Assembly: GCA_041300405.1 (NCBI GenBank)
Contig: JBGLNK010000001.1
Span: forward strand, 130,269-194,268
Length of the DNA: 64,000 nt
Direction: 5' to 3'
From: Dehalococcoidia bacterium
GTDB lineage: Bacteria > Chloroflexota > Dehalococcoidia > Dehalococcoidales > RBG-16-60-22
Below, piece after piece: positions 17,801 through 27,937 of this stretch (the first letter of the stretch is position 1; each line of letters opens with the position of its first letter). The notes beneath the pieces were generated by a model that worked only from the letters and a program-made list of their open reading frames with translations, ran no database searches and was not told the origin of the DNA. Position numbers and translations under genes: made by a program.

Positions 17801-18679
17801 TTAATGGCCTGCGTCCATATTATTATGAATTTCCTTGTAGTTCCTGATTACGGCAATGAGAAAACAAATGTTACCAAAGTATTGAGAAGCTCTCCCTGCC
17901 CACGCTATTTTACTTTCGACAGGACCTTGGGCCATAAAAAAAACTCCGAAAGACAAAGACAAGACACCCAAAAAATACCAGTGAGACAAATCCGAGTGTG
18001 CTAGTAAGGAAATTCTGAAAAAGATAAATGATGCGGTAAATAATAATAATATAGATATTATTTGCATTACATTTTGGACTGATACGGTGTTTTCTCTAAA
18101 AACGATATGTGCAGGAATGACTCCCCGAAAGACGAGCAATACGATTATAGATATGATTATTAATATGCTCGCATAACTCAATGTGACAACCCGTATTTTT
18201 TTTCTGGAATTCAACCCGGAGTTATCCGGTCTGATGATAACCATTATTGCCCCAACTAGATAAATCAAAGAAGTTAATACAAGTATGCTCTCATAAAGGA
18301 TGACAAGAATATCCAAACTGGTATTGGGAAGCCATCCCTTAAGCAGGCTCCCGATACCTAAAGCCATTTGAGCGGCCCCCAGAGCCAGTAACCTGGGCGA
18401 ACCGGTATGGGTGAAAATATTAACGCTCAGATATATCAGAGGTATGGCCAGAGCGGTAATAAAAATATTATTAAATATATTGATTGGCAGGTTCAGTAAA
18501 TAATCTTCATTGATGTCCAGGATATTTAAAACCAGAAAAAACATACCCAGAATTATAATGAGAATCAAAACAACCAGTGCAAAACGCTGCAGCCTATCTT
18601 TTTCAATGAAATACCTTAACATATTTTTTAATGATACCCAATAAGTCCCTGATTCCAGATGTATCGAAAAATTATTCAC
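17801..18679 (-). CDS. polytopic membrane protein, unknown function
   Basis: 292 aa, about 8 hydrophobic helices. No recognisable motif. Confidence 0.55.
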   Translation of the reverse strand: MNNFSIHLESGTYWVSLKNMLRYFIEKDRLQRFALVVLILIIILGMFFLVLNILDINEDYLLNLPINIFNNIFITALAIPLIYLSVNIFTHTGSPRLLALGAAQMALGIGSLLKGWLPNTSLDILVILYESILVLTSLIYLVGAIMVIIRPDNSGLNSRKKIRVVTLSYASILIIISIIVLLVFRGVIPAHIVFRENTVSVQNVMQIISILLLFTASFIFFRISLLAHSDLSHWYFLGVLSLSFGVFFMAQGPVESKIAWAGRASQYFGNICFLIAVIRNYKEIHNNMDAGH

Positions 18680-18881
18680 TCAAAGTTGGCACTTTAAACA
18701 TCTCTAATCTAATAAATGGCATACTAAAAAAGTATTAGCAGATCCCAGGCTGGGAGAGACTCCGTATATTTTATTGTGATGCTTTTAGTGCGATGCGTCT
18801 AGTTAGTGATTTATCATTTTTGAAACTCAGGTTAACACATCTATGAGCTGAAAATATATCTTAAATCTACTCTTTCCAAAT

Positions 18882-19811
18882 CTAAATTTCCATATATTTA
18901 TATACTTCTCTTAACCCTGACTCAAGATTGAATTTAGGATTATAGCCGAAGCTCCTGGCCCTGGTGATATCGGCCAGACTGTGCAATATATCGCCCGGTC
19001 TTGGGTCTTTATAAACTGGTTTGACGTTTTTGTTACCCACAAGCTTAATGATCAGATTCACCAGATGGTTAACTGTTATCCTTTGCGAATTCCCGAGGTT
19101 AAAGATCCCTGTCGCATTATTCTCGGCTGCCTGGATATTTGCTTCGGCAACGTCTTTAACGAAGGTAAAATCCCTGCTTTGCTCTCCATCCCCGAAGATA
19201 ACTGGTGACTTTCCTTCGATGGCATTCCGGAAAAAGAGAGGTATTACGGCAGCATACGGAGAATTGGGATCTTGCCGGGGACCATAGACGTTGAAATACC
19301 GCAAGCACACCGTTTTCAATCCATAAATGGATTGGAATACCTTGCAATAAAACTCAGACGCGAGATAGGTAATGGCATATGGCGATAAGGGATTCGGAGT
19401 CATAACATCAACTTTAGGGAGAGTTGGCGTATCACCATAAACAGATGAAGATGAAGCAAAGACCAATTTTTTTACTCCTGTATCACGGGCGGCCAGTAGC
19501 ACGTTCAGGGTACCGGTTACATTTGCCATATGAGATTTTCGGGGGTTTTTAATGCTTCGGGGAACGCTGGGAATCGCCGCTTCATGAAATACATAGTCAG
19601 CGCCAGCGAACACTTTATGCAATAATGGCAAATCAACGATGCTGCCTTTGACTAACTCGACACCTTTACAGCTCAGACTCGACTCTATATTCAACAATTT
19701 GCCCGTGGACAGATTATCTATTATTGTAACCTGATAACCTCGTTTTACCAGTTCCTCCGTAATATGAGAACCGATAAATCCTGCACCGCCAGTAACGATT
19801 GCTTTTTTCAT
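18882..19811 (-). CDS. NAD-dependent epimerase/dehydratase (extended SDR) with non-canonical YxxxK (reads YAITY)
   Basis: 'VTGGAGFIGSH', 'ASSSSVYG', 'LRYFNVYGPRQDP'. The catalytic motif region reads 'SPYAITYLASE'. Confidence 0.85.
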   Translation of the reverse strand: MKKAIVTGGAGFIGSHITEELVKRGYQVTIIDNLSTGKLLNIESSLSCKGVELVKGSIVDLPLLHKVFAGADYVFHEAAIPSVPRSIKNPRKSHMANVTGTLNVLLAARDTGVKKLVFASSSSVYGDTPTLPKVDVMTPNPLSPYAITYLASEFYCKVFQSIYGLKTVCLRYFNVYGPRQDPNSPYAAVIPLFFRNAIEGKSPVIFGDGEQSRDFTFVKDVAEANIQAAENNATGIFNLGNSQRITVNHLVNLIIKLVGNKNVKPVYKDPRPGDILHSLADITRARSFGYNPKFNLESGLREVYKYMEI

Positions 19812-20361
19812 TTTCTTTTTTCCTGCCTAATCTTCGAGATCCATTAACAGGAGTTAAGCTCCTTTTTAGACTGGGTTAACACTAGCCCGATATTTGTTTA
19901 TGTGGTAAACTCATAACTTTTCAATTATCCCTTGTTTAGGGTTGGAATGTAGTAAGACAAAGGTCGTAAATCGGTTAGAATTGAATTATATCACGGTTAC
20001 GGCTTTATATTTGTTTTTTCCCGTTGCAGCAAGTAACTTTTTTGACCGAATCATTATGGGCATGAGCAGTTATAACCAAATTCTTACAAATAACAAACTG
20101 CGTTCTAACTTGTTTCTTTTAAAGTTATTTTATAAACAATACCAAGGAAAACAGAAGGGAAGTTAAGAAATTAGGTTGTTGCTTCCTGAGCAAATTAAAT
20201 AAAACGACATTACTCAACTACCTCTATCAGGGCAGCAAAACCTATTGAAAACAACATGGATAAGTTAATGGTTTATTTATATTGTACTATTTTAGAGCTG
20301 CTATATCATTATAGGTACAAGTATACCGATCTCTTATTGCCTGTGAATTAGGAGGTAGTGT

Positions 20362-21210
20362 ATGCACATTACAACATCGGAAGGACGACCGAATATCGAT
20401 AACAAAATCATTCTTACTGAGAACAGTCTGTTCAAACGGTTAAAGATACAGATCCGTCAACACGGAATACCGCGTTCGACATGGTTAATTATCAGGTTAA
20501 TAATGCGTATAACTCTCGGGCTGGATTGGTGGAGTGATATATTTTTGGAACGGCCATTAGCTGAGCCGATTAAAGAAATTGTGCCTAAAATAAAAGTGGA
20601 AATCCGGCAAGCTACTGTAAATGATCTGGATAAGTTCAAAAGCGTAGTCAGTGAAAAAGATTTAAATCTTTTTCAACAGAGATTTAAAAGAGGCAGGATT
20701 TGCTTTGTGGCACTGGATGGATATAAAGTTGCTGCGTATAGCTGGATAAGTCTTGATGAGTATGATACGAGTAACGGGCATGATATTACGATGCAGAAAA
20801 AAATAGGAATGACTAATAAAGAAGGATATTTCTTTGATATCTTAGTCATTCCTGAGTACAGAAATAATAGATTACAGACGGCATTGGATACCGCAAGGTT
20901 AAAGTATGTACATAGTCTAGCCTATAACAGGGTTTTAACCGGTATAACCGCTAATAATACATTTTCTTTAAAGTCCGCAGCCTCTTCAGGTTTTAAACCC
21001 CGGATTTTCCAGTTCTATAATGACGCCGCGATTTATGAGGATTACACCACGGCGCGACGGATGTATAACAGCCCCTTCATGAAGCCGGAATCCCGCGCTG
21101 ACAAATGTGAAGACTGCGGGGAATGTTTGGAAAAGTGCCCCCAGCATATCGCTATACCGGACTGGCTCAAGAAAGCCCATGAGGCCCTTCAGCCTGAAAA
21201 AACCGGATAG
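20362..21210 (+). CDS. chimeric ORF: GNAT-like acetyltransferase fused in frame to the C-terminal Fe-S tail of an aldo/keto-reductase-type oxidoreductase
   Basis: AGGAGG RBS. GNAT-like 'VIPEYRNNRLQTAL...SAASSGFKP'. From about 20998, 'RIFQFYNDAAIYEDY...CEDCGECLEKCPQHIAIPDWLKKAHEAL' looks like the AKR/4Fe-4S C-terminus. GC content jumps at the same point. Confidence 0.6.
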   Translation: MHITTSEGRPNIDNKIILTENSLFKRLKIQIRQHGIPRSTWLIIRLIMRITLGLDWWSDIFLERPLAEPIKEIVPKIKVEIRQATVNDLDKFKSVVSEKDLNLFQQRFKRGRICFVALDGYKVAAYSWISLDEYDTSNGHDITMQKKIGMTNKEGYFFDILVIPEYRNNRLQTALDTARLKYVHSLAYNRVLTGITANNTFSLKSAASSGFKPRIFQFYNDAAIYEDYTTARRMYNSPFMKPESRADKCEDCGECLEKCPQHIAIPDWLKKAHEALQPEKTG

Positions 21211-21222
21211 CTACCGGGGTAG

Positions 21223-21825
21223 CTACATCGGCTTGTTCCTGCCGTAAAGCCACCGCGAGAAAACCACGCGGGTTAAAAAGGGCATGACCGCCCAGACCAG
21301 CGCGGCCACCACGAGTGCGCTGGTGAGGATGTTTTCCACGTAAAAATTCCAGCCTAGTTTGATGTAGCCCAATGCCACGACAATTATTGTCGATACAAGG
21401 TACACGCCGATGGTAGTGACGATGAATTGCTTCCAGTGCGGCGGCGGTGCCAGTTCCGGGCACTCCGGGATGGAAAACCAGGTTTCCAGGCCGGTAGCTT
21501 CCTGCCGGCTTTTCACGGAAAAAGCGTCCGCCTCGTGTGATAGCTTCTGGCGGATATACGAATCTTCCCATCTGTGCACGGACTCCCCGTCTTTAAAACG
21601 CAGCACGACGTGGTAAAGCCCTGGTTTCCCCGGTTGTGGTATAAGCAGCGTAGCGCCGGAGTTGCCTGGCGCTTCTGTGGCTGCCGCCACCAGTTTACGT
21701 ACCCATTCATCGTAGTCCCGGTCGTGTCCGGGAAATACCCGGCGGCTTACCACCACGGTAACGGATTTCTCTCCCGGCACTATCTGGTCATTGTCAACGT
21801 CCTTGTTACTATTACTAACCATCAA
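21223..21825 (-). CDS. ABM (antibiotic biosynthesis monooxygenase)-like domain protein with C-terminal TM helices
   Basis: 'VTVVVSRRVFPGHDRDYDEWVRKLVAAATEAPGNSGATLL...YHVVLRFKDGESVHRWEDS', followed by about 3 hydrophobic helices. Confidence 0.55.
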   Translation of the reverse strand: MMVSNSNKDVDNDQIVPGEKSVTVVVSRRVFPGHDRDYDEWVRKLVAAATEAPGNSGATLLIPQPGKPGLYHVVLRFKDGESVHRWEDSYIRQKLSHEADAFSVKSRQEATGLETWFSIPECPELAPPPHWKQFIVTTIGVYLVSTIIVVALGYIKLGWNFYVENILTSALVVAALVWAVMPFLTRVVFSRWLYGRNKPM

Positions 21826-22271
21826 TTTACCTCCAGATAAAATACCGTGTAACTTAATTTGTATTCTATAACTTTTTTAATACAAAGGATAGTATATTAA
21901 TCACACCTGCTCTGTAATCCTGCCTTTCGGTATTCTCGATTCTGTGTTGGATGAATGTTCGGTCCTATTACCATTCCCCGTAGTCGGGGGAATTCGATGG
22001 CGGGGTTATGGGACAAAATCACGTTTACGTTTTCCATGTTCTGACGTATACTATAAAAACAACAAAGTAGGTATTTGCTGCTAGACATAATAATGGATCG
22101 AAAGAACGAATCCTCTTCGTTCCAAAGCTAAAAATAAATAAAAAAATTCGATAAACGAATAACGAATCCATATCGTGCTCGAACGCCCGTGAACGTCATT
22201 TCTGGTAACTTAAGAAGCGGAATGTTAAAATGTATCTGGAGAAACGGCAGGAAATAACAGAAAGGTTAATT

Positions 22272-23741
22272 ATGGATAAGCCCGTTAGAGTTCGTTTTGC
22301 CCCCAGTCCCACAGGACGTCCCCACGTGGGCAACATCCGCACTGCCATGTTCGATTACATTATGGCTCGCCGCTTCAACGGGACATTTGTTTTACGCATT
22401 GAAGATACTGATGTCGAGCGTAAAGTAGAAGGCGCCGTGGAATATATGATGGATGCCCTTTCCTGGCTGGGACTGGAATGGGACGAGGGACCGGGAAAAG
22501 GCGGCGATTACGGGCCTTATTATCAATCTCAACGGTTGCACCTTTACAAAGAAGCCGCTGAAAAACTTGTTGCTCAGGGCAATGCTTATTATTGCTATTG
22601 TTCCGAGGAGCGGCTGGAAAAAATACGCAAGGAACAGGCTGCCAGCAAACAGATGTCTGGCTATGACCGCCATTGCCGTGAATTGACCGCCAAACAGCGG
22701 GCGGAATATCAGGCGCAAGGTATTAATCCTGTAATCCGCTTTAAAGTGCCTTTAGAAGGTCAGACAATGTTTCATGATATTGTTTATGGCGATGTGACTT
22801 TTGAAAATAACACGATTGATGACTTCGTCATGCTGAAATCCGATGGCTACCCGACATACCATCTTGCTAATGTCGTCGACGACCATTCTATGAAAATCTC
22901 GCATGTTATTCGTGCCGAAGAATGGATATCATCCACGCCGAGGCATATGATGATGTATAAAGCGCTGGGTTATGACCCGCCGGAGTATGTTCATCACCCG
23001 ATGCTGGTCGGCGCTGACCGCGCCAAGTTGAGCAAACGGCACGGCTCGGTCTCTCTTTTGGAATACCGCGAGAAGGGGTATTTGCCGGAAGCTATGTTCA
23101 ACTTTCTGGCGTTGATGGGCTGGTCTCTGGATGATAAAACCGAGATTATGACCCGCCGGCAACTCATTGATAATTTCTCGTTCGAGAGGATTGGAAAGAC
23201 CGGCGCTTTCTTTAATATTGAAAAACTCGATTGGATGAACGGCGTTTACATGCGCGCTCTGTCTGTTGAAGACTTCACGAACAGGGTATTGCCGTTCTTG
23301 GAAAAGTATTTACCGCCGGAGGTCGAGCGCCCTCTGGATGCCGCCTATGTTAGCCGTATCGCGCCGCTGATACAGCCGCGGATTAATACTCTTAATGATG
23401 CGGCCGCCTATGCTGATTTCTTCTTTGTAGATAAGCTGGAATATGAAGCTTCGATGCTCATAGGCAAGAAAATGACTCCGGAAGTCGTGCTAGCGGCTTT
23501 AAAAGGCGCTGAAGAAAAACTGTCTTCGCTGGAAAGCTTCGACCAGAATCTGTTGGAAGATACCTTGAGACGCCTTGCCGAGGCTTTAGGAATAAAAGCA
23601 GGCCAGCTTTTTAATCCGCTGCGGGTAGCAACTACCGCTCGTGAGGCTGCGCCGCCGCTTTTCGAGACGATGGCCGTGCTTGGTAAAGAGAGATGTCTGA
23701 ATCGTATCAAGACTGCGCTAGCCAAGCTGGATGGCAGTTGA
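22272..23741 (+). CDS. gltX: glutamate--tRNA ligase
   Basis: 'VRVRFAPSPTGRPHVGNIRTA' (HIGH-type), 'FVLRIEDTD', 'KLSKRHG' (KMSKS). Start taken at Met15 of the ORF. Confidence 0.95.
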   Translation: MDKPVRVRFAPSPTGRPHVGNIRTAMFDYIMARRFNGTFVLRIEDTDVERKVEGAVEYMMDALSWLGLEWDEGPGKGGDYGPYYQSQRLHLYKEAAEKLVAQGNAYYCYCSEERLEKIRKEQAASKQMSGYDRHCRELTAKQRAEYQAQGINPVIRFKVPLEGQTMFHDIVYGDVTFENNTIDDFVMLKSDGYPTYHLANVVDDHSMKISHVIRAEEWISSTPRHMMMYKALGYDPPEYVHHPMLVGADRAKLSKRHGSVSLLEYREKGYLPEAMFNFLALMGWSLDDKTEIMTRRQLIDNFSFERIGKTGAFFNIEKLDWMNGVYMRALSVEDFTNRVLPFLEKYLPPEVERPLDAAYVSRIAPLIQPRINTLNDAAAYADFFFVDKLEYEASMLIGKKMTPEVVLAALKGAEEKLSSLESFDQNLLEDTLRRLAEALGIKAGQLFNPLRVATTAREAAPPLFETMAVLGKERCLNRIKTALAKLDGS

Positions 23742-23880
23742 GGCGTTGTAGTAAGACATAGCATGGAATATAACCAGGTTTATCATTGGGTTTAACTAAT
23801 TATGCCATCCCTTGAAAAAGGGATGGATGGGGAGGGATTTTTAAGTCCCTCAAATACGAAAAATAATACAGGAGAACAAC

Positions 23881-25572
23881 ATGGACATGCCCAACCCCAA
23901 AAAACAAGAAGACTTCATCCGGGATATTGTCCGCCAGGATATAAAGACAAACAAATTCGGGAAAAAAGTACACACCAGGTTTCCTCCGGAACCCAACGGC
24001 CTGCTGCACATCGGGCATGCTAAAGCCATCTGGATAAGTTACGGCATCGCTAACGAATTCGGAGGCCTGTATAATTTAAGGTTCGATGATACCAATCCTT
24101 CCCACGAAGACCCGAAATATGTAGACGCTATTATTAACGATGTCCGCTGGCTGGGATGGGACTGGGGAGACCGTCTGTTTTTTGCCTCGGACTATTTTGA
24201 GAAAATGTACGAGTGTGCCGTGCAGTTGATTAAAAAAGGCAAGGCATACATTGACGATTTATCTGCTGATCAAATAAGAGAATACCGAGGTACCTTGACT
24301 GAACCGGGCAAGCCGAGTCCCTACCGCGAACGGACGGTGGAAGAAAGCCTTGATTTGTTCAAACGTATGCGGGACGGGGAGTACTCTGACGGCTCAAGAG
24401 TTCTGCGGGCAAAGATCGATATGGCCGCCCCCAACATGAACATGCGTGACCCTGTCGTGTACCGCGTCATGCGCGCCACGCACCCGCGCACGGGTGATAA
24501 ATGGTGTATCTACCCGATGTATGACTTTGCCCATCCTATTGAGGATTCTATCGAAGGAATTACCCATTCCCTTTGTTCTCTGGAATTTAAAGACCATCGT
24601 CCCCTTTATGACTGGTTCCTGGATCAATTGGGAATTTTCCATTCACAGCAAATCGAATTCGGGAGATACTCGTTAACATACACCGTAGTGAGTAAACGGG
24701 TACTACGTCCGTTAGTTGAAGCAGGTGTCGTGGCAGGCTGGGACGACCCGCGCATGCCGACCCTCGCGGCGTTCCGCCGCCGCGGATATACGCCGGAAGC
24801 TATCAGGATTTACTGCGAAAACAGCGGTATTTCTGAATCCAACACCACTATAGATATCAACTTTCTTGAGCATTGCCTCCGCGAGGATTTAAATAGACGC
24901 TCACCGCGCGTAATGGGTGTGCTCCGTCCGCTGCGCCTTGTAATCGACAACTACCCGGAAAATCAGGTGGAAGAGTTCGACGCGGTGAATAATCCCGAAG
25001 ACCCCGCCGCCGGAACCCGCAAAGTGCCGTTTTCCAGGGTTCTTTATATCGAGCAGGAAGATTTTCGCGAAGTGCCGCCGCCGAAATACTACCGTCTGTC
25101 GCCGGGCCGCGAAGTAAGATTGCGCTATGCCTATCTTGTTACCTGTGTGGGTGTAAAAAAAGATGAAAATACCGGAGAGATAATTGAGGTGCATTGTACC
25201 TATGACCCGGCTACCCGCGGCGGTGATGCGCCTGACGGGCGCAGAGTTCAATCGACGATGCACTGGGTCTCGGCTGCGCATTCCCTTGAAGCTGAAGCGC
25301 GTTTATATGATCATCTTTTCACCAGGGAAAATCCTATGGATGTAGAAGAAGGCGCTGATTACAAGGATTATCTTAATCCTGCTTCCCTTGAAGTCTTAAA
25401 GTCTTGCCGTGTTGAACCTTCCCTGGCTGACGCTCCATCCGGCAGCCTCTTCCAGTTTGAAAGGCTGGGCTATTTTTGTATTGACCCTGATGCTTCCCTG
25501 GGAAAATTGGTATTTAATCGGACGGTGTCTTTGCGTGATACATGGGCAAAGATACAAAAGCAGCAGAAATAA
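23881..25572 (+). CDS. glnS: glutamine--tRNA ligase
   Basis: '[21 protein letters not shown]', 'NLRFDDTNP', 'VVSKR'. Colinear with E. coli GlnRS. Confidence 0.95.
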   Translation: MDMPNPKKQEDFIRDIVRQDIKTNKFGKKVHTRFPPEPNGLLHIGHAKAIWISYGIANEFGGLYNLRFDDTNPSHEDPKYVDAIINDVRWLGWDWGDRLFFASDYFEKMYECAVQLIKKGKAYIDDLSADQIREYRGTLTEPGKPSPYRERTVEESLDLFKRMRDGEYSDGSRVLRAKIDMAAPNMNMRDPVVYRVMRATHPRTGDKWCIYPMYDFAHPIEDSIEGITHSLCSLEFKDHRPLYDWFLDQLGIFHSQQIEFGRYSLTYTVVSKRVLRPLVEAGVVAGWDDPRMPTLAAFRRRGYTPEAIRIYCENSGISESNTTIDINFLEHCLREDLNRRSPRVMGVLRPLRLVIDNYPENQVEEFDAVNNPEDPAAGTRKVPFSRVLYIEQEDFREVPPPKYYRLSPGREVRLRYAYLVTCVGVKKDENTGEIIEVHCTYDPATRGGDAPDGRRVQSTMHWVSAAHSLEAEARLYDHLFTRENPMDVEEGADYKDYLNPASLEVLKSCRVEPSLADAPSGSLFQFERLGYFCIDPDASLGKLVFNRTVSLRDTWAKIQKQQK

Positions 25573-25979
25573 TGAAGAACAGCGGTGAAATTTCCACTTT
25601 AAAAGCCTGGTTGCTCATCCTGGTTTCGCTATTGGACGAAGCTATTCTGCTGGTGATTATTTTTCTGGGTCTGAGGTTCTTCAATATTGCCATCACCTGG
25701 CCTTTAATCCTAGTTGTGCTGCTGGTGGTTGTCGTTTACTTCTTTATTATCCATAAAGCGGTTGTGCCTGCTATACGCCACCGTAAGGCAACCGGCGCTG
25801 ACGGTATGATAGGCCTGGACGGTGAAGTGACGCAAACTTTAAATTCGCAGGGCGTTATTAAGATTAACGGTGAATACTGGCATGCAAGTTCTATTGATGG
25901 CGATATTGGTGTGGGTGAGGAAGTTGATGTGGTCGGGATAAACGGCTTGGTACTGGAAGTGAAACGGAAAAAGCCGTGA
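25572..25979 (+). CDS. NfeD family membrane protein
   Basis: Two TM helices, then an OB-fold 'GVIKINGEYWHASSIDGDIGVGEEVDVVGINGLVLEVKR'. The ATG overlaps the glnS stop. Confidence 0.8.
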   Translation: MKNSGEISTLKAWLLILVSLLDEAILLVIIFLGLRFFNIAITWPLILVVLLVVVVYFFIIHKAVVPAIRHRKATGADGMIGLDGEVTQTLNSQGVIKINGEYWHASSIDGDIGVGEEVDVVGINGLVLEVKRKKP

Positions 25980-26977
25980 GTTACAAACCTGGATATATCG
26001 CTCTCTGCCATTCGGGCGAGTTGGAGAAACGCGCTGTCTCTTTAGAAGCGCGCCTTGCTGAATGTGATATCTGCCCCCGGAGATGCCGCGTTAACCGTTT
26101 GAAAGGGAAAACTGGCTTCTGTAAAACGGGTGCTTTACCGGTAGTTTCATCTTTCTGTGCCCACCACGGTGAAGAACCGGTAATATCAGGCACACTTGGC
26201 TCCGGCACTATCTTTTTCGCAAACTGCAACATGCGCTGTGTCTATTGCCAGAACTACCGGATAAGTCAGGAACCGGAAGCTCAAAAAGACCGTGAAATAA
26301 GTATCGGCGTTTTGGCTGATCGTATGCTCTATCTCCAGGACGAACTTAAGTGCCACAATATCAACTTGGTAACTCCTTCGCATGTTGTGCCGCAGATTGT
26401 CCGGGCTTTAATGGAAGCCGTACCTCGGGGACTCCGCCTGCCGTTGGTTTATAACACCGGCAGTTATGATTCCTTAGATACTATCAAGGCATTGGATGGG
26501 ATTATTAGTATCTATCTTGCTGATTTACGCTATTCCTCGAATGAATATGGTCGTAAATATTCTCATGCCCGCGGCTACGTTGAAGCCTCTCGTGCCGCGA
26601 TAAAGGAAATGTACCGGCAGGTCGGTAATCTGGAAGTGGATGGTGAAGACATTGCGCAAAAGGGGCTGATTATCCGCCACCTGATTTTGCCCCATGGAAT
26701 TGCCGGTAGTGAAGAGTCTTTAAGCTGGCTGGTGAGTGAAGTTTCGCCGGAAGTATCGGTAAGCATCATGTCGCAATACTACCCGGCGCATAAGGCCGCC
26801 CGCCATCGTTATCCCGAATTGGGACGTAAGATTACCCCTGAAGAATATGCGGAAGTGGTTGCTCTGACGGAAAAACTGGGCATCGAAAATGGCTGGACGC
26901 AGGAAATGGATTCAGCGGAAAATTACCAGCCTGACTTTTCAGCGGATGAACCGTTCGAAGAGAAAAAGCGGACGTAA
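25976..26977 (+). CDS. radical SAM protein, PflX-like (pyruvate formate-lyase activase homolog)
   Basis: 'FFANCNMRCVYCQNY' CxxxCxxC cluster motif. An N-terminal Cys-rich 'CDICPRRC' precedes it. Confidence 0.85.
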   Translation: MSYKPGYIALCHSGELEKRAVSLEARLAECDICPRRCRVNRLKGKTGFCKTGALPVVSSFCAHHGEEPVISGTLGSGTIFFANCNMRCVYCQNYRISQEPEAQKDREISIGVLADRMLYLQDELKCHNINLVTPSHVVPQIVRALMEAVPRGLRLPLVYNTGSYDSLDTIKALDGIISIYLADLRYSSNEYGRKYSHARGYVEASRAAIKEMYRQVGNLEVDGEDIAQKGLIIRHLILPHGIAGSEESLSWLVSEVSPEVSVSIMSQYYPAHKAARHRYPELGRKITPEEYAEVVALTEKLGIENGWTQEMDSAENYQPDFSADEPFEEKKRT

Positions 26978-26990
26978 CGCGGGTGTTCGC

Positions 26991-27131
26991 CTATTTTTTC
27001 TTGCGCTTGGTAAACCCAAAGGTGATTTTCAGCCCGTTACGGTGATCTTTTTTATTAACATTCTCAATAAAAGTCTTAAGATCTGTAACCGGTGTTTCAA
27101 CCGTGGTAGTTTCTTTCTTAGTCTTAACCAT
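26991..27131 (-). CDS. small Lys-rich hypothetical protein (46 aa), possibly leaderless
   Basis: On the minus strand, TATAAT lies about 9 nt before the ATG of 'MVKTKKETTTVE...FTKRKKK'. No SD sequence and no family recognised. Confidence 0.3.
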   Translation of the reverse strand: MVKTKKETTTVETPVTDLKTFIENVNKKDHRNGLKITFGFTKRKKK

Positions 27132-27232
27132 ACGGAGATTATTATAACATAGTGTCATATATAAAGCCAAGCGTTTGACGCGCATTACTCTTACTGCCTA
27201 AAATAGCAGAGTTGGCTTTAAGGAGAATCAAT

Positions 27233-27706
27233 ATGAAATATATCTGGGCGCCGTGGCGCATTCAATATGTTAAAAGTGAGAAGCCGAAAGGGTGCTTTAT
27301 CTGCGAAAAAGCCGCCGAAAATAAAGATAAAGAGAACTATATCCTCTATCGCGGCGTGAAAAACCTTATTTTATTAAACAGCTTCCCGTATAATCCCGGC
27401 CATTTGCTGGTTGCCCCTTACCGCCATATCGGAAATATCGAGGATCTTACTGTAGAAGAACGGAATGAGCACTTTGAGTTGGTTAGCCGCAGTATCAAGG
27501 TTCTTAAAAAGGAAAGTAAACCGGACGGATTAAATATCGGAGCTAATCTTGGTAAAGTGGCCGGTGCCGGTCTCGAAGGACATTTTCACAGCCATATTGT
27601 GCCGCGCTGGAATGGTGATACCAACTTCGTTCCTGTGTTGGGCGATGTGAGGGTAGTGCCGCAATCGTTAGCTGATACTTACCAGGCGCTTTCGGGGAAG
27701 TTTTAG
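27233..27706 (+). CDS. HIT family protein
   Basis: 'GHFHSHIVPRW' histidine triad. AAGGAG RBS 7 nt before the ATG at 27233. Confidence 0.85.
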   Translation: MKYIWAPWRIQYVKSEKPKGCFICEKAAENKDKENYILYRGVKNLILLNSFPYNPGHLLVAPYRHIGNIEDLTVEERNEHFELVSRSIKVLKKESKPDGLNIGANLGKVAGAGLEGHFHSHIVPRWNGDTNFVPVLGDVRVVPQSLADTYQALSGKF

Positions 27707-27937
27707 CTGGTGGGAATACTGCTGCGGTTCCGCAAATCCTTCGATGTAGCCGCGATTCATAAGGGTGGATATTTTATTCACCGCTTCGTCCCAGGGTAAG
27801 CCGGTACAACTTTCTATTTCTTCTATCATCGCCGCGCCGTGTACGTATAATGAAGGAGCCTGAAATCCTCTGTATTGGCGGAGGCTTCGAGTTTTGCCCG
27901 CGTCTCCGTTCGCCTGAGCAGATTTCTTTCTTGACAA
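27668..27937 (-). CDS. hypothetical small protein, possible winged-helix fragment; 3' end overlaps the HIT gene antisense
   Basis: 'MIEEIESCTGLPWDEAVNKISTLMNRGYIEGF' looks wHTH-like. The last about 13 codons lie inside the HIT gene. Confidence 0.3.
   Translation of the reverse strand: MSRKKSAQANGDAGKTRSLRQYRGFQAPSLYVHGAAMIEEIESCTGLPWDEAVNKISTLMNRGYIEGFAEPQQYSHQLKLPRKRLVSIS

Larger units (their letters stand above)
8683..20998. other. AT-rich cell-envelope glycan island 1, bounded by truncated genes
   Basis: Abrupt composition change at both ends. Contents: beta-helix exoprotein, NodB deacetylase, 2x GT4, Wzy-like protein, Wzx-like protein, membrane protein, epimerase, GNAT. Confidence 0.6.

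Noticed and set aside
21826-22271. ~440-nt non-coding region upstream of gltX, including hairpins (TTCCCC-gtagtc-GGGGGAA at about 21975; GAACGAA-tcctc-TTCGTTC at about 22110). I considered a T-box leader or a small RNA.
   Set aside because: I could not find a specifier/T-box core (no AGAGA...GGUGNUA-type elements), any recognisable RNase P, 6S, SRP or tmRNA features, or a convincing terminator. An Rfam scan is needed.
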